Part shown: positions 52,213 to 64,000 of the stretch, one piece after another | Layout: every line of letters starts with the position of its first letter | How positions within the stretch are numbered: position 1 is the first letter of the stretch | From: Vicugna vicugna | Lineage: Eukaryota | NCBI GenBank assembly: GCA_013265495.1 | Contig: MU057781.1 | Span: forward strand, 1-64,000 | Length of the DNA: 64,000 nucleotides | Direction: 5' to 3' | The notes under the pieces: generated by a model | What the model saw: the letters and a program-made list of their open reading frames with translations, nothing else | Told to the model about the DNA's origin: nothing | The model's database searches: none | Position numbers and translations under genes: made by a program

Positions 52213-53755
52213 CCAGACACAATTTTAACTCGCCTCACCTAAGCCCACACCGGACCCAGGGCCACCTTGAGGACTGAGAGAGGACAGGACTGGACTTCAT
52301 AAGCCACCATCAGTGCCCTCGTCTGAGCCACCCTGGCTGCCACACCTGGGAGGGTCCACGAGCCTGGCCTTCCTCAGCTTGGCTCCCCAGCTCCGGCCAC
52401 GCTCAGAACCACCCGCTCAGCAGAGAGGAGGATGTGCTGGGGCCCGGCTCTGAGCAGACCTCTGTGGTGGTGACATTTCAGCAGATTTCCACAGTCAGAG
52501 TCAAAGTGAAAACAGCACTGACCCACGTGAGAGTGCTGTGGGGTCTGCCCCTGCCGCCCGCTGCTCCGGAGCAGGAACAACCGCCTGCAGCAAAACTTGC
52601 CCTCTCTGCCCATTCTTAACAAATGTGCTAAACTCTGGGAAAGCGTGAGCCATTTACATGGAGGTGCGCGCTAAGCTTACGGATAACTTCCAGTGCAACT
52701 GCAAGAGGAATGTGCGTACTGCACACGGCAGTTAGGGCTGAAAGTAGGAGCTTTGTTTAAAAATCATTAAAAAATCACCAAGAACTTTGAGGAACAGACG
52801 TCTTTGTATGCACATCACACGATTAGTAAAATAATGCTGTTTTCACAAATGCAAATGTCCTCGATAAATGGGCTGAGAAATATAAATAAATGATACTTAA
52901 CACTTGCGAGCTCTGCCAACCTTCTCCGAATAATCATCCAGATCTTGCAGTTTCTGGCAGCCAAAATCTCCCATCTGTCTTCCCCCAACAGTGACCAGCA
53001 CCATAGAACAGCGTTAAAATAATCATAATGTTTATAATTATTTAAATACTTATTAAAATAAGTTATGAAATAAAACATTTTAATTATCTGAATAAATATA
53101 AGTATTTAAGTGATTTTCAGCTGAAAGAACACTTTAACTATTAACATTACTTTGCAAAGACAAACACTTTTTAAATATTGTTTAATAGGCCAGAACCTTA
53201 GAGACGCCGCACCCAGAGGAGCTGCATTGCAGATACAAACGCAGCAAGCATGGGTCAGCCCGCATTATGCAGTGCCGTAATCTCACTGGGCTGGCCGTGC
53301 CAACGAAAGTGAGAATTTTAAAATCTAGAAAAATACTTGTCTTTTCCTAGTTCACAAAAATGTATTTTTGGCTGAGCCAGGAACATCGGTGAGACAAAGA
53401 TTAGCAGGAGGAAAATAAAAGGCCTGACCTGAAATTCAGGATCGCACCCGACTCTAAAGCACTTGGACGTCCTCTCTCGTCATTGCCCTGATTTCGAGAA
53501 CTCTCGTGCCCACGCGCAGACGCGGGTGCTGGGTGGACGGGGTTCCCCTGAGGTCCACAGCCCCCCAGGAATGTCGGCTCATAGGCCGATGCCAGAGCCT
53601 CCTGGGTGCTCCCCCCAGACCCCACCCCACCCTGAGAAGAGCGAGAACCTGCTCTCCTCACTTTAGTCCCTGCTGTCACCAGAGCCACTTCTGAAGGGAC
53701 CCTCCGTGCAAAGCCCCCTCGGGCAGGGAGACAGCCAAGTGGCCGGGCTTCAGTG

Positions 53756-54408
53756 TGCAAGGAAGCTGGACCCTACGGGGCCTTCCCGGGACAGAATCCC
53801 CTCGTGTCCTCCACCTGCCTCTTGTCTGTAGGAAAACTTTAGCCAGAGAATAAATTAAAGCATGGAAGTCAGAGGATGCGGAAAAGAAAAGGGAACAGGC
53901 AGCAATGCAAACAAGAGCGGCTCAGCCGTTGGACAAAGTCCAGGACCTTCCGCCCCCAAGGGCCCTAGGGAACTGCGAGCCCTGCCGGCTGGGCCCCGTC
54001 CACGGGTCCTGAGCCCTCACCGGGCGGAAGACGTCAGCTACCTGATGACCAGACTGTAGCCACGACAGCGAACGCAGTTCTGAGAGCTGGCCTCAGGGAA
54101 ACGCGAACACACCGACCCCGGAACTGAAGGTTAGCTGTGCTTCAAACAGTCAAGGTGCCGCCGCTGGACTGACTTCCAGGTGACGCCAGAGCCGACTGTG
54201 GCCCTCACCCTGACTGTGCGCCCCTGAAGCTCCCCTCTAGAAGCCCCCACCCCTGACCAACGGTCAGATATTGGTTCTTGGACACGAGTCCACCTTCTCC
54301 CCCAGGCGGCCGGCCTCCTGAATAAAGCAACCTCTCCGTTCCTTCCAGCGCTTGTCTCTCGAGCATTGGCTTTCAAGTGATGAGCAGCTGAACCTGAGCT
54401 TGGTAACA
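53756..54408 (+). mobile_element. ERV1-class solo LTR, antisense to TCERG1L
   Basis: 3' end ggcctcctgaataaagcaacct (AATAAA at 54321-54326)...ttggctttcaagtgatgagcagctgaacctgagcttggtaaca; 5' boundary approximate. Confidence 0.75.
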
Positions 54409-55452
54409 GGTAGGCAATGCCAAGGGGACAACAGGAGAGAGAGGACCATCTGGGGACGTAACACAGAGTGGGCATCAGGCTTTGCCTCTTACAGGTGGTA
54501 TGGCTTGGCCGGGCCACTTAAACCTGGTGACCATGACACTGAGCATGCCAACCGCACGTGTAGCCCTCCGAGCGCTCCGGGACTGTGCCCGGGTCGGGAG
54601 GAGCCCGGCAGGTCTGTCCTGGGGCTGCGCCCTCCCCCTTCTTACTGTTCCTTCCTCCGCCTTTGCTACCCATCCCACCAGGCCCAGGTCACAAACATAT
54701 TTTGCTCATTGTAATAAATTATATCTGCAGTCAATAATTCGTCTCCCCAAAATTAATTTGGGAGCCGCAATACCCAGCTCCCCGTGTAAAAGCAAGCAGG
54801 CGCTGCGAGCCTGGGAAACACCAGGCCATTACTTCACGTCCTCCTGCTTTCTCATTTCCCTCCAGCAAAGATTTACAATTTCCATGAAGGGCTGCCATGC
54901 ACTTTAATGTTTTAATCAAAATAAAATGTCTGGAGACATTGCGTTCAGTCTCCCCTCCTGACTCCGTCCCGCTCGGGGAGCCTCTGAACGCTTGTTTTCA
55001 GACTCTGCCTGCGGCGTGTGGATCTGCGCTCGGAGGACGCAGCGGGCGGTGCCCGGGGCAGGGAGGCAGACCAGGGGCGCGGCGTGGGCGACGGGGCGCA
55101 GCCTGGCCCAGCGCGGCCCAGCCCTCGATGCCGGAGGAACCACAGCCCTCCAGCTGCAAGAACAAAAACTAGGACAGCCTGATGGGGCCGAGGCCATCCT
55201 GAGCCCTCCGGCCACCAGCAGGCAGAACTAGAATTACACTAGAAGCTCCGAATCAGGACAGTGTCTGGCGAGCCTGGGGTGAGTCTGCGCCGGAACGTGC
55301 AGGTACCCACAGCTCTGTCTCACTCCACCGTCGTGTCCCCAGGCTGGAGGAGGGCTTCCTGCTGCAGCTTCCTTCCTGCTGTTCTGGACCCGTGCTGTGA
55401 CGGAGACCCTGCTGTCACACACAAAGCTTCTGCCAGCACCAACACACCTCAG

Positions 55453-55579
55453 CCACCACTGCCACCACCTCCACAATCACCACCACCATAATCACCATCA
55501 CCATCACCATCATCATCACCACCGTCACAACCACCACCACCACCACCAGCTTTATCACCATCATCACCATCGTCATCAT
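55453..55579. repeat. Imperfect (CAC/CAT)n trinucleotide repeat
   Basis: caccaccataatcaccatcaccatcaccatcatcatcaccacc... Confidence 0.95.
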
Positions 55580-55607
55580 GGCAGCCGCCCTCGCCATCCT
55601 CACTATG

Positions 55608-55810
55608 ACTGCTAACACTTGCTCTAGACCAGGCCCTGCATTAATCATCTTTATATACGGAGTTTAATTCTTCCCATTCCCCTCTGCACTGTAAATACCA
55701 CACTTTATAGTAAAGACGCTGAGGAACAGAGAGGTGGAGTGACTTCCCTAACATCAGGCAGCTTTTCCATGATAAAGCTTAACTTTGAACCCCAGATATC
55801 CGACTCCAGG
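55608..55810 (-). mobile_element. MIR SINE, degraded
   Basis: ctgaggaacagagaggtggagtgacttccc...tttgaaccccagatatccgactccag. Confidence 0.65.
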
Positions 55811-58394
55811 ACCATGGCGTCTAGGCCCTAACCACCTGTTAGGGCCCCGATGCTGCCCTGGGCTAACCAGCTCCATCCTCCTCGTCCCGGGGCCCGGGGG
55901 TCTCCTTCCCAGTACCAGACTGTGGTGTACGGAGGCTGCCACCTCCGGCTCCCCTTCTGCCCGTGGCCTGGATGCCCATCCAGGCCCCACTCTTGGGTAT
56001 CCCTCGATTGTTGCTCGTGTTGCTCTGCACTCGTCCTCGGCACAGCGGCTGGCTTCCCTGGAGGGAGAGTGGAATCAGCAAAGACAGATCGAAATGCCCA
56101 CCCCACCTTGTGTATCTTCCCCCAGAGTCTCTGAGTCTCTCTCTGCCATGCACATTTAACTGTCACACAGTGTGGCTCCCAGGGACCAAGCCACGGCCAG
56201 AGAGTGAGCAGGGAGCCCAGGGTCAGGGAGGCTCCTCTCTGCGCCTCAGCTCCCTCGTCTGGGGAGGGATCACTGCAGCTGCCACTGCCTTCCCCCGGGC
56301 TCGCAAGGGGGCCAGGATGAGTGCTTCCTGCGATTAGATTATCGTCCTCAGGCAGGATGACTTAAAAAGCTTCACAAGGAACCTAGATTCTTTCAGGGGA
56401 GCGCTTCAGCATCCTGAGTTGGCTTAGAGGAAAGAATTATGTTTCCAGACTAGAAGCTTATTTTCACTCACTGCTGAAATCTCCTCAGTCCAGCAAAGTT
56501 CAAAGACACGATGCACAAAGACTTTGAGACTCAAGGTGCAGTGTGGCCGCGTCACCCCGTGTCTCAGGTGGACGGGAGACCGTCTCATCCCCCGGTGATG
56601 CTCTGAAAGGCAGGCAAGGTCCGCTGGGCTTGCGTCTGCTCCCTCGTTCCCTCTCTCCGCCTGCCGACACCCTTAACTCAGACGCAGAGACCAGGCAAGA
56701 CAGCCGTCCCCTCTCCCATCGCCCTCAGACCCCTGGCCCAGTTTATTTTGCAAGGTCTTACAGGAAATGTCTGGAAAATCCTTCTCCGTGTCCACACTTA
56801 CGACCCGACATTAAGAATGTCCCAAATGCATGATGGGAAGCTTCATTCATCCAGGCAAATGCATGATAGGAAACGTCATTCACTTAGAAATGGCATCTGT
56901 AGGATCAAAATTAGCTCTCACCTAATGAACCCATAATTAAATTTAGCCTCTAAATAGGAATGGTAAATTAAAGAGGCGAGGTTCCAGGTGATTTGACAAA
57001 TGTGTGAGAATGATTTTTGAAGGGTCTCCGGTACCCTCTAATTTGCACGGACCCAAGTCTGCTATTCCAAGTCTTAATTATACCTGAAACTACTAAATTA
57101 GATCTGTTTACTGGTGGTTAATAAAACAGCTAATTAACTTGTGAGTGCTGTAACTGCAGATGCAAATAAAAGCGCACTTTACAATAAGGTGAAAATTGCT
57201 GAGGTGTGGGTAGTGAGGACAGGTCCCAGGTGACTTGTGCCGTGACAGATGACAAAGGTGCCGAGGGTCCCAAACGCGCCCTGCCCGCAGCCTGCTGCTC
57301 CACCTTCCCTCCGCGCGTGTCGGGTCTAAGACTTCCGTCACTAACCAGCCTCAGATGCCCCTTTCCGCTCCTGTGAGACAGGCAGCCCAGAAAACATCTC
57401 CTAACAGCCTCAACCAGAGGGGCATCGGCAGTAAGGGGTGCCAGTGGGGCCTGAGGGGCGACTGCCGCCCCCGGAGGCCAGGTGGGGCCCCCTCCAGGGC
57501 CGGTGCGGCCCTGACACCCGGAAGCTGTCGCATGTCGAGGCGGGAGGGAGGCTGGAGAACCAGCACGTGTGCGTGGACCCCTCTGTGATGGGGGGGCTTG
57601 AAGTCCGGGACGTTTCTACTGAAATTCAAACCCAGAAACCAGACATAATGGGAGCAACAGTTCATAATATAAAATAATTTCTTCACCAGGACCAGAAGGT
57701 ATTTAAACAATTTCCCAGCGAAGCAGCAGAGCCACTCAGAGCTCAGCCTGGGGGAGCCCGAAGCGTCAGCGGGGTCCCGCTCCCCTGGGCCGCCCTCTGT
57801 CTGTCCGGTGGGACTGTGCCTCGGTCCCTTTCTGCAGGTCGGGACAGTCGCCAGACCTGGGTCCAGTGCGGAGAACGCATTTAAGCAAAGCACTTAGAAG
57901 TGCACCTGGCTCCACGTAAGCCCTGAACACGTGTGAGTCCTGTGTCCTGCTCTCTGCTTTGTTTGCTGAGCAAATGCCTGATTCAAAGAGTGATTTACAC
58001 ACCAATGGGAGCTTTCAGGTCTGCAGAAGCTTCCAGCCGCTGCAGGGCTAGGAGGCTGGGGGGCGGCGCACCAGCCTGTATCCCCCGCCACCTGGAGCCC
58101 CTGGGGGGTGCGCTGAGCTCCTCCCCAGCACTGGAGACAAATGGAAACCTGACACCTGCCCCACAGGAGGCCCGAAGGGCCTGCTCAGCGGCGGGAGGAC
58201 AGCAGTTTCCCAGGTCCTGAGAAGCCCTCCCAGGTACTGGTCAGTCCTGCAGGGAGGACGGCTGGCGATGCGGAAGGGGATCCGTTTAATCCACTTCCCT
58301 GTTCCCTGTGTGTCAGGATGGGGACATGTTTTTAATGTAAAATAAACAGAACAAAACAAAACTCAGTGACCCTGCTGATCACAGAACTGGGCAT

Positions 58395-58890
58395 TTTTAA
58401 TGGAAGCAGGGCTGCTTCACAGTGTTGTGCTAGCTTCAGGTGAACCGCGCAGTTACTCAGTTATACATGTACACGTTCTTTTTAAAACTCTTTTCCACCC
58501 TAGGCTATTATAGGACATTGAATACAGTTCCCTGTGCTCTGCCGTGGCTCCTTGTTTGCCTGTTTTACATACAGCCGTTTGGAGCTGCAAATTCCAGACT
58601 CCGAACTTGCCCCTCCCCGTGTCCTCTCCCTTGGGAACCAGAATGTGTCTTCTATGTCGTGAATCCCTCTGTTTTGTGAATGAGCTCATCTGTGCCATTT
58701 TTTGGATTCCACGTACAAGTGACACATGTGGTGTTCGTCTTTCTCCATCTGACTTCACTTAGTATGAGCACCCCAGGCCCGTCCATGTTGCTGCAAGTGG
58801 CTTTGTTTCATTCTTTTTATGGCTGAGTGGTGCTCCACTGTGCACGTGCACTGCATCTTCTTTATCCAGTCATCTATCAGCAGATGTTTG
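58395..58890 (-). mobile_element. LINE-1 3' end (same family as 15214-16015)
   Basis: acattgaatacagttccctgtgct, tttggattccacgtacaagtga, tctgacttcacttagtatga, ttcattctttttatggctgagt, tctttatccagtcatct. Confidence 0.88.
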
Positions 58891-59101
58891 GAGAACTGGG
58901 CATTTTTTGTGTGACTTCAGCTCCCTGCAGAATCTCACAGGCTTCCTGGCAACCTCTGTCCTGGCTCTGAGGCCCTAGCACGCGAGGACTGGGCTTCTGA
59001 GGGGCCGGGCTCACATCCCAGCCAGCTTGGCTGGTCCAGAACGTCCCATGTGAGGCCAACTCATCGGGCCCCAGAGTCCCTTCCCGTCTTCAGACCCTCC
59101 T

Positions 59102-59130
59102 CCACACACACTCACACACACACACACACA
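59102..59130. repeat. (CA)n microsatellite
   Basis: ccacacacactcacacacacacacacaca. Confidence 0.9.
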
Positions 59131-62100
59131 GGCCCAGGTGCAGGGCAGTCCCCCCAGCTGGGAGGCCGCCGCGGCCCACGGGCTGAGCCGCTCACCTCCC
59201 TCCGTCCCTCCCAGCGGGGCTGGGAGCCGGCGGGTCACCCTTTGGTCTCTGCCTGTTGCTGTGGGAGCGAGCCCTCCTCCCAGAGCCAGGCGCTCCTTCA
59301 GGAAACAGGGGCACACAGTCCAGGTGCAGACAGCCCATGTGCGGCTGTTGAGGCAAAGGCGGCGCTCATCGTGAACTCCTTCTGTGTGCGCCAAGCAGTG
59401 AGCGGCGGGAGGAAGAGGCCTTTCCTCCTTTATTTAAGTGCTTCCCTCTGAGCCCATCCAGGTCTGGCTCTCAGGAAGCGCCCAGTGCTAACTCCAGGGG
59501 AGGGGCAGGCGTGAGTTCCACCTGAGGAGGGCTTTCAGCCCTGGAGACGGTCTGCAGGCCGCGTGGGTGTGACTGGGTGCCCGTTCCGTGCCCCGCTCTG
59601 TCCCAAGCCTGTTACAAATATCTCACCAAACTTTTACAGCAGCCCTGCTGGGAGGCGCGGTCCTGTCCCTGCTGCCAGGCGGGGAAGCTGGCGCTTGGAG
59701 CCTGCCCATCAGCTGGCCTGAGGGCACGAGCAGGCGCAGGGCGGGACTCAGCCCGGCCAGCTCCCCAGGGTCTCCCCGCCCAACCCCGTTCCTCCGAGTG
59801 ACACATCCGCATTCATGCTTCCTGGTCGGCTCTGTGGTCCTCAGAAACCATCCTGGCCCCGACTCACTCGCGACCTCTGACTGTCTGGAAACCCGAGACC
59901 CTGAGTCAGCCCTGCGCGCCTGTGATTTCCCAGAAATGAACGGCTTAATCAGACGAGTTTTAAGTCACCACTGGATAAACATTCAACTCCTGAGAGAAAA
60001 TTACTTTTAAATGTATATGTAAACATAAATTGGGAATTTTAATTCCAATCCAATTTGATTGAAACGGAGTGAACATACTTGGTGAACACGGGGCCTCGTG
60101 CCCTGTGGAGTCTCTCTGTCTGCGGACCGGACGGAGGGTCTCGCCGGGGGAGCACGGGGCCCCCTGCGGGGAAGAGCGGACCCCCGCCTGAGGAAGCAGC
60201 CGGGAGGGAGACAGGCCCGAGCACCTGGTCCAGCCCCGGGAGGTGTGGGCTGCGGTCCGACAGAGGCGTGTGGACGAGGCGCAGGACGGGCGCCCCCCGG
60301 GGCCTGAGAGGAAGTCGCTGAGGACCGTGGGGAGAGAGTGGTCACAGGCCCAGGGTTTACCCCTCAAAAGCCCAGAACCACGCCAAGAAAAGGGCAGGCT
60401 AAGTTTGTTTCAGGGAAGCACGAAATCACTTCCCGCAGCAAACCCACAAGACGGAGAGAAAGAGCGACCAAGCCAGAGCGCAGAGCGGAGGCCAGTTTGC
60501 CGCCAGTTCAGGTGCAGGAGTCCGAGCGAGCATCCGGCCACGGTCACAGCTGAGCCTGGGCCGCCCCGCGCTGTCTCCGCATCAGCCCTGAAGGAAGAGC
60601 TGGACTGGAGGAGAATCACTTCACTTTAAGTAAAAACAGTTTCAGGTTGGCAAGATCTGGCCAGCAGCCAGCAGTGAGTCACCTCCTGTCCGCTCTGCCC
60701 TTGATTAGGATAGAGAAGTGGAAAAACAGACCCAATCGTACGAAGCCCAAGAGGACGGGTAAAGTCAGAAGGGGGTTGGTTGTAATTCAGAAGGGGGTTG
60801 GTTGTAATACAATAGGGAGGGGTGGAGACTGGGGGCAAAGTGGAGTTTACCAAGCCTGCAGGCCCCGCTTTGGAAGTATTAGCCCTTAAGCACTCAGAGG
60901 ATCTGTACTGTCTTGTCTCTGATGCTACAGCTCTCTGCTCTGTTCAGTGTGGCCTTCAGTTTGGACAGCATTTTGCTTCTTCCGAGGGCCGTCATGAGAC
61001 CCCTGGGATCAACAGGCACGCGCCCGCTGCGGGAGCTCCGGGGTAGGTTTGCTCGTGCGCTCGGGCACTACGAAGGAGGCGGGGGCAGGAATGCCTTCTC
61101 CAGCAGCTCTCTTCTGCTTCTCTGGACTCTGATGGTGGACAGCAGCAAGAGGAACAGACAATGGACCTAAGAAAAGAGGCTGCCGATCGGCCCAGGGCAG
61201 CTGGCCTTCACCGCCACCACCACGGAGGGCAAACAGATACTGACAGCTTTTATACAAAGGCACACTTCATGCCAGTCACAGGCTGGCCACGGGATGTGCC
61301 TCACTCATGTCTCCAGCCACCCCCCTGTCCTAGAACGGACGTGTCTCCGCCCGTGGCTGGATGAGGAAGATGCTCTTGTCCGAAGACTCTGCTTGGTGGC
61401 AAAGGGGACAAGGAAGCAGGACCGAGGCAGGTCTGGTCTGAGACACAGGCTGGTGGTCTGGCACCCGCAGAACATCCTCACTCCTACCTCCCTGCCTGGC
61501 AGTGATAGCACTCGTGTGCCCGGAAACCTGGAGGGTGGCAGCGGGGCCACACCAGGTGGGGAGGGGAAGCTCTGGTCTGACATCCCTCATTGCAGGCAGA
61601 GCTGGTGGCCCCCGTTGCCTGGACGAGCCGAGGTCTGGTGCTTCCCAAGTGCCGACCCCTCTGGCAGACGCCTCCCTCCCTTCCCAGCTCCCTGAGAGTG
61701 TCCCCCGGGGTCTTGATTTTCCCGGTTACACAGCGCGTGACTTGTGCTGTATTTCTACGCAGAGTTCTGTGGGCGCTGTATTAGAGATGCCCGTGCATCG
61801 AGCAGAGGAAAGGAACTGCTAGAAATGCTCTTTTTACAGGACCCGGGGGAAACACCGCGTCGTCCTGTTAGCTGTCCACCCTCACACCGGGGAACAAAGC
61901 CACCCGGCCGCCCCCTGCAGGGGTCCCGGTGCCTTCCTGGCGTGAGAGGTGTCACAGTGCTGCGTGTCGACTCATAGCTCTGCGTGAGAACTCTGAGTGG
62001 TCCTGTCCGGGTGAACTGAAGCCCACCTCTGCAGTCGTCTGTCCTTCCTGCCAGGGAACCAGCCCTTCTCAGCCTGTTGATTGCGGGCACTGGGCGTAGG

Positions 62101-63224
62101 AGGGTGAAGCGTCAGTGGTTTAGAATCGAGCCAGTGCGTCGAGTGGGACCCACTTCTCGTCCGGAAGCCTGAGGGCAGCTGAGTGCACCCCCGGCCCCGG
62201 GGCCCACCGTGCTCCCTGCCCCCGACAGCTCAGGTCGGGAGGGTCCGCAGCCGGGGAACAGCGCATGGCTGTGCGGGGAAGCTCCTCCCTCCACGTCCTT
62301 CTATCGGCACGGGGTTCCCGGGCAGACGGAGCCAGAGGACACCTTCTATGCGCTTGACTCACGGGGACAAAGCTTCTCACCCCGTCCACTTCTCGGTGTC
62401 GGTGTACCTGCCACTGTCATAGATTCTCCTTCTTTTCGTTGGTTTATAAACGTCAGCGGGTTTTCTAGGGTGGACTACAAGAATATATTTATCTCTTTAC
62501 CACCAGACACGTCGCGATGGGGCTCTCCTTTGACGAATCGTCAAATGAGTCACGGAGGACCTGGAGCCCCGCGTTTGTGCTCCCAGCAGGGCTGTCTGAG
62601 CGTGCCCGCCTGGCGCACGCCCGCGTGCCCGGCGCGGGTCCTGGCGTGGAGATGTCGTCAGCCCGCACCGCGGCTCTTGGCGGAAGCGTACTAGTTCCCC
62701 TGCTTTAGAACTGAGAGGGTCCAGGGGAGTCAGGAACGTGTGCAGGTGTCCTGGGGGCCCCGAGCTGGAGGGACTGTCAGCATCACAGGACTTTCGGGGA
62801 AAGCCGCGTGAGTTTGCCGGGGCGGTGCTGCCTTCCCGGTGGACCCAGACGCTTATGCACCAGGGCCGTCTGTCCTCCGCGAGGACAGGAGAGGGGCTCT
62901 GCAGCCTGGTGAGTTCCAGCCACACTGAGAATTCGCAGGGTGGCCAGAGCCCCCCAGCCCTTGTCCCTTAGCAAGGTGAGCTCTGTCCATCCTTCAGACC
63001 CTGACTCTGATGTCCCCCCAGGAGCCGCCTGCCCTCCCTCCGCCTGGCAGAGCCCCAGCCGCCCTCTAGGATGAGCTGGGCTCTCAGACATCACTCCCAC
63101 GGCCGGCGCGCACGCGTGCTCGGTGGTTGGTCTCTGGTCCGAGTTGTCCCCACAGCAAGCGCCATGAATACCAGGCCGCGCAGACATCTAGCTGTCTCCC
63201 AGGTGACCCCTGTGCTTGTCATGT

Positions 63225-63262
63225 AGCCTGGCACATAGTAGGTGCTCTGCAAACATTTGTTG
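63225..63262 (+). mobile_element. L2 3' end fragment
   Basis: gcctggcacatagtaggtgctctgcaaacatttgttg is the typical L2 terminal motif. Confidence 0.6.
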
Positions 63263-64000
63263 GGAGGTGGCTGAGTGACCCTTAGCCCGAGGCCACTCTG
63301 CAGCTCGTGGCCTCTGACCCTCAGCTACGTGGGGGGTTGCGCCCAGGACCCTGGGTGGCTTCCTCACTGCCCCCATCCACGTTCCCAAATCCCGCAGGAA
63401 AGCTTTCCCAGCCAGCCCCACCCCTCAGGAGTCTGGGGCACGAAGCCCACCAATGGGCAGGCACCCAAGGCCACGGCCACCGCCACGGGGTTCAACACTC
63501 TTTGACCTGCATCTCCTAAGTGACGTGATCGAGAGTTGCCACCATGAAACAGTGTCTGTCACAGCTGGAGGGCAAAACCAAAGTTGATTGTTACCATAAC
63601 GCTGTGGTTGACAGACCGCCCTGGGCCGCCCTAGGGCCCTCCCCGGGGTGGGTGGGCGGCGTCCCGCCCCAGTGCCCTGGTGGAGCTCGGACTGCCCCCG
63701 GGCCAGCTCGGAGCAGGGCTGCGGGACGCACAGCCCCACACGCCCCGCGGCACAGACAATGTCCAGATCCTGCTGGCCTCGGTGGCACGTCCCTGCCGTT
63801 GTAACCTGGGAAACGTGCCTGGTTCCTATCCCACTGAGACGTCAGCCAAATAAAAACAAAATCCAAAACCCAACCCAGCGATGCTGGCGGCTCCGGGGGC
63901 CTCCCCACCCCTACTCTCAAGCCCAGGCCCGCTCGCACGTCGTACGTCAGGGCCGGGGCACGGGCTCCAGACCCAGGCGGCCCGGACTTCAGTTCTGGAC

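Larger units (their letters stand above)
23984..64000 (-). other. TCERG1L: 3' part of the long TCERG1L intron (about intron 4)
   Basis: No sequence resembling the preceding exon peptide (recalled ...AIATAAAAAMVSVDPE...) was seen. The human intron here is very large as I recall it. Confidence 0.7.

Noticed and set aside
55397..55615. ORF encoding a long poly-His tract
   Set aside because: It is the translation of a (CAC/CAT)n simple repeat next to a MIR, antisense to the host gene, with a GTG start and no exon context.
60765..60808. Perfect 22-bp tandem duplication (also 10-mer x3 at 17341-17372 and 7-mer x3 at 19713-19735)
   Set aside because: Ordinary slippage micro-duplications with no sign of function.
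1..64000. Prokaryotic-type systems (CRISPR arrays, operons, defence islands), tRNA or rRNA genes
   Set aside because: The sequence is mammalian intronic DNA; no repeat-spacer array or structured RNA gene was recognised.

Overview
Mammalian genomic DNA, GC- and CpG-rich, almost entirely intronic. It carries three spliceable minus-strand coding exons of TCERG1L (transcription elongation regulator 1-like): 23892-23983 (92 nt), 20511-20599 (89 nt) and 8994-9148 (155 nt). These join in one frame, encode the WW domain and its upstream linker, and correspond to human exons 5-7 as I recall the gene. Everything right of about 24 kb appears to be one long intron, and the next downstream exon appears to lie left of the window. 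The rest is interspersed repeats (L1 3' ends, ERV1/MER21/MaLR LTRs, MIR, L2), simple repeats, one assembly gap and a near-perfect ~609 bp tandem duplication. The L1 tails and the lack of recognisable Alu, B1, SINEC or Bov-type SINEs suggest a non-ruminant cetartiodactyl, possibly a camelid (inference). The hundreds of ORFs in the track look like GC-content noise. I found no convincing novel biological system; the findings are modest, testable observations. Repeat family names come from recalled consensus motifs, not a database search.
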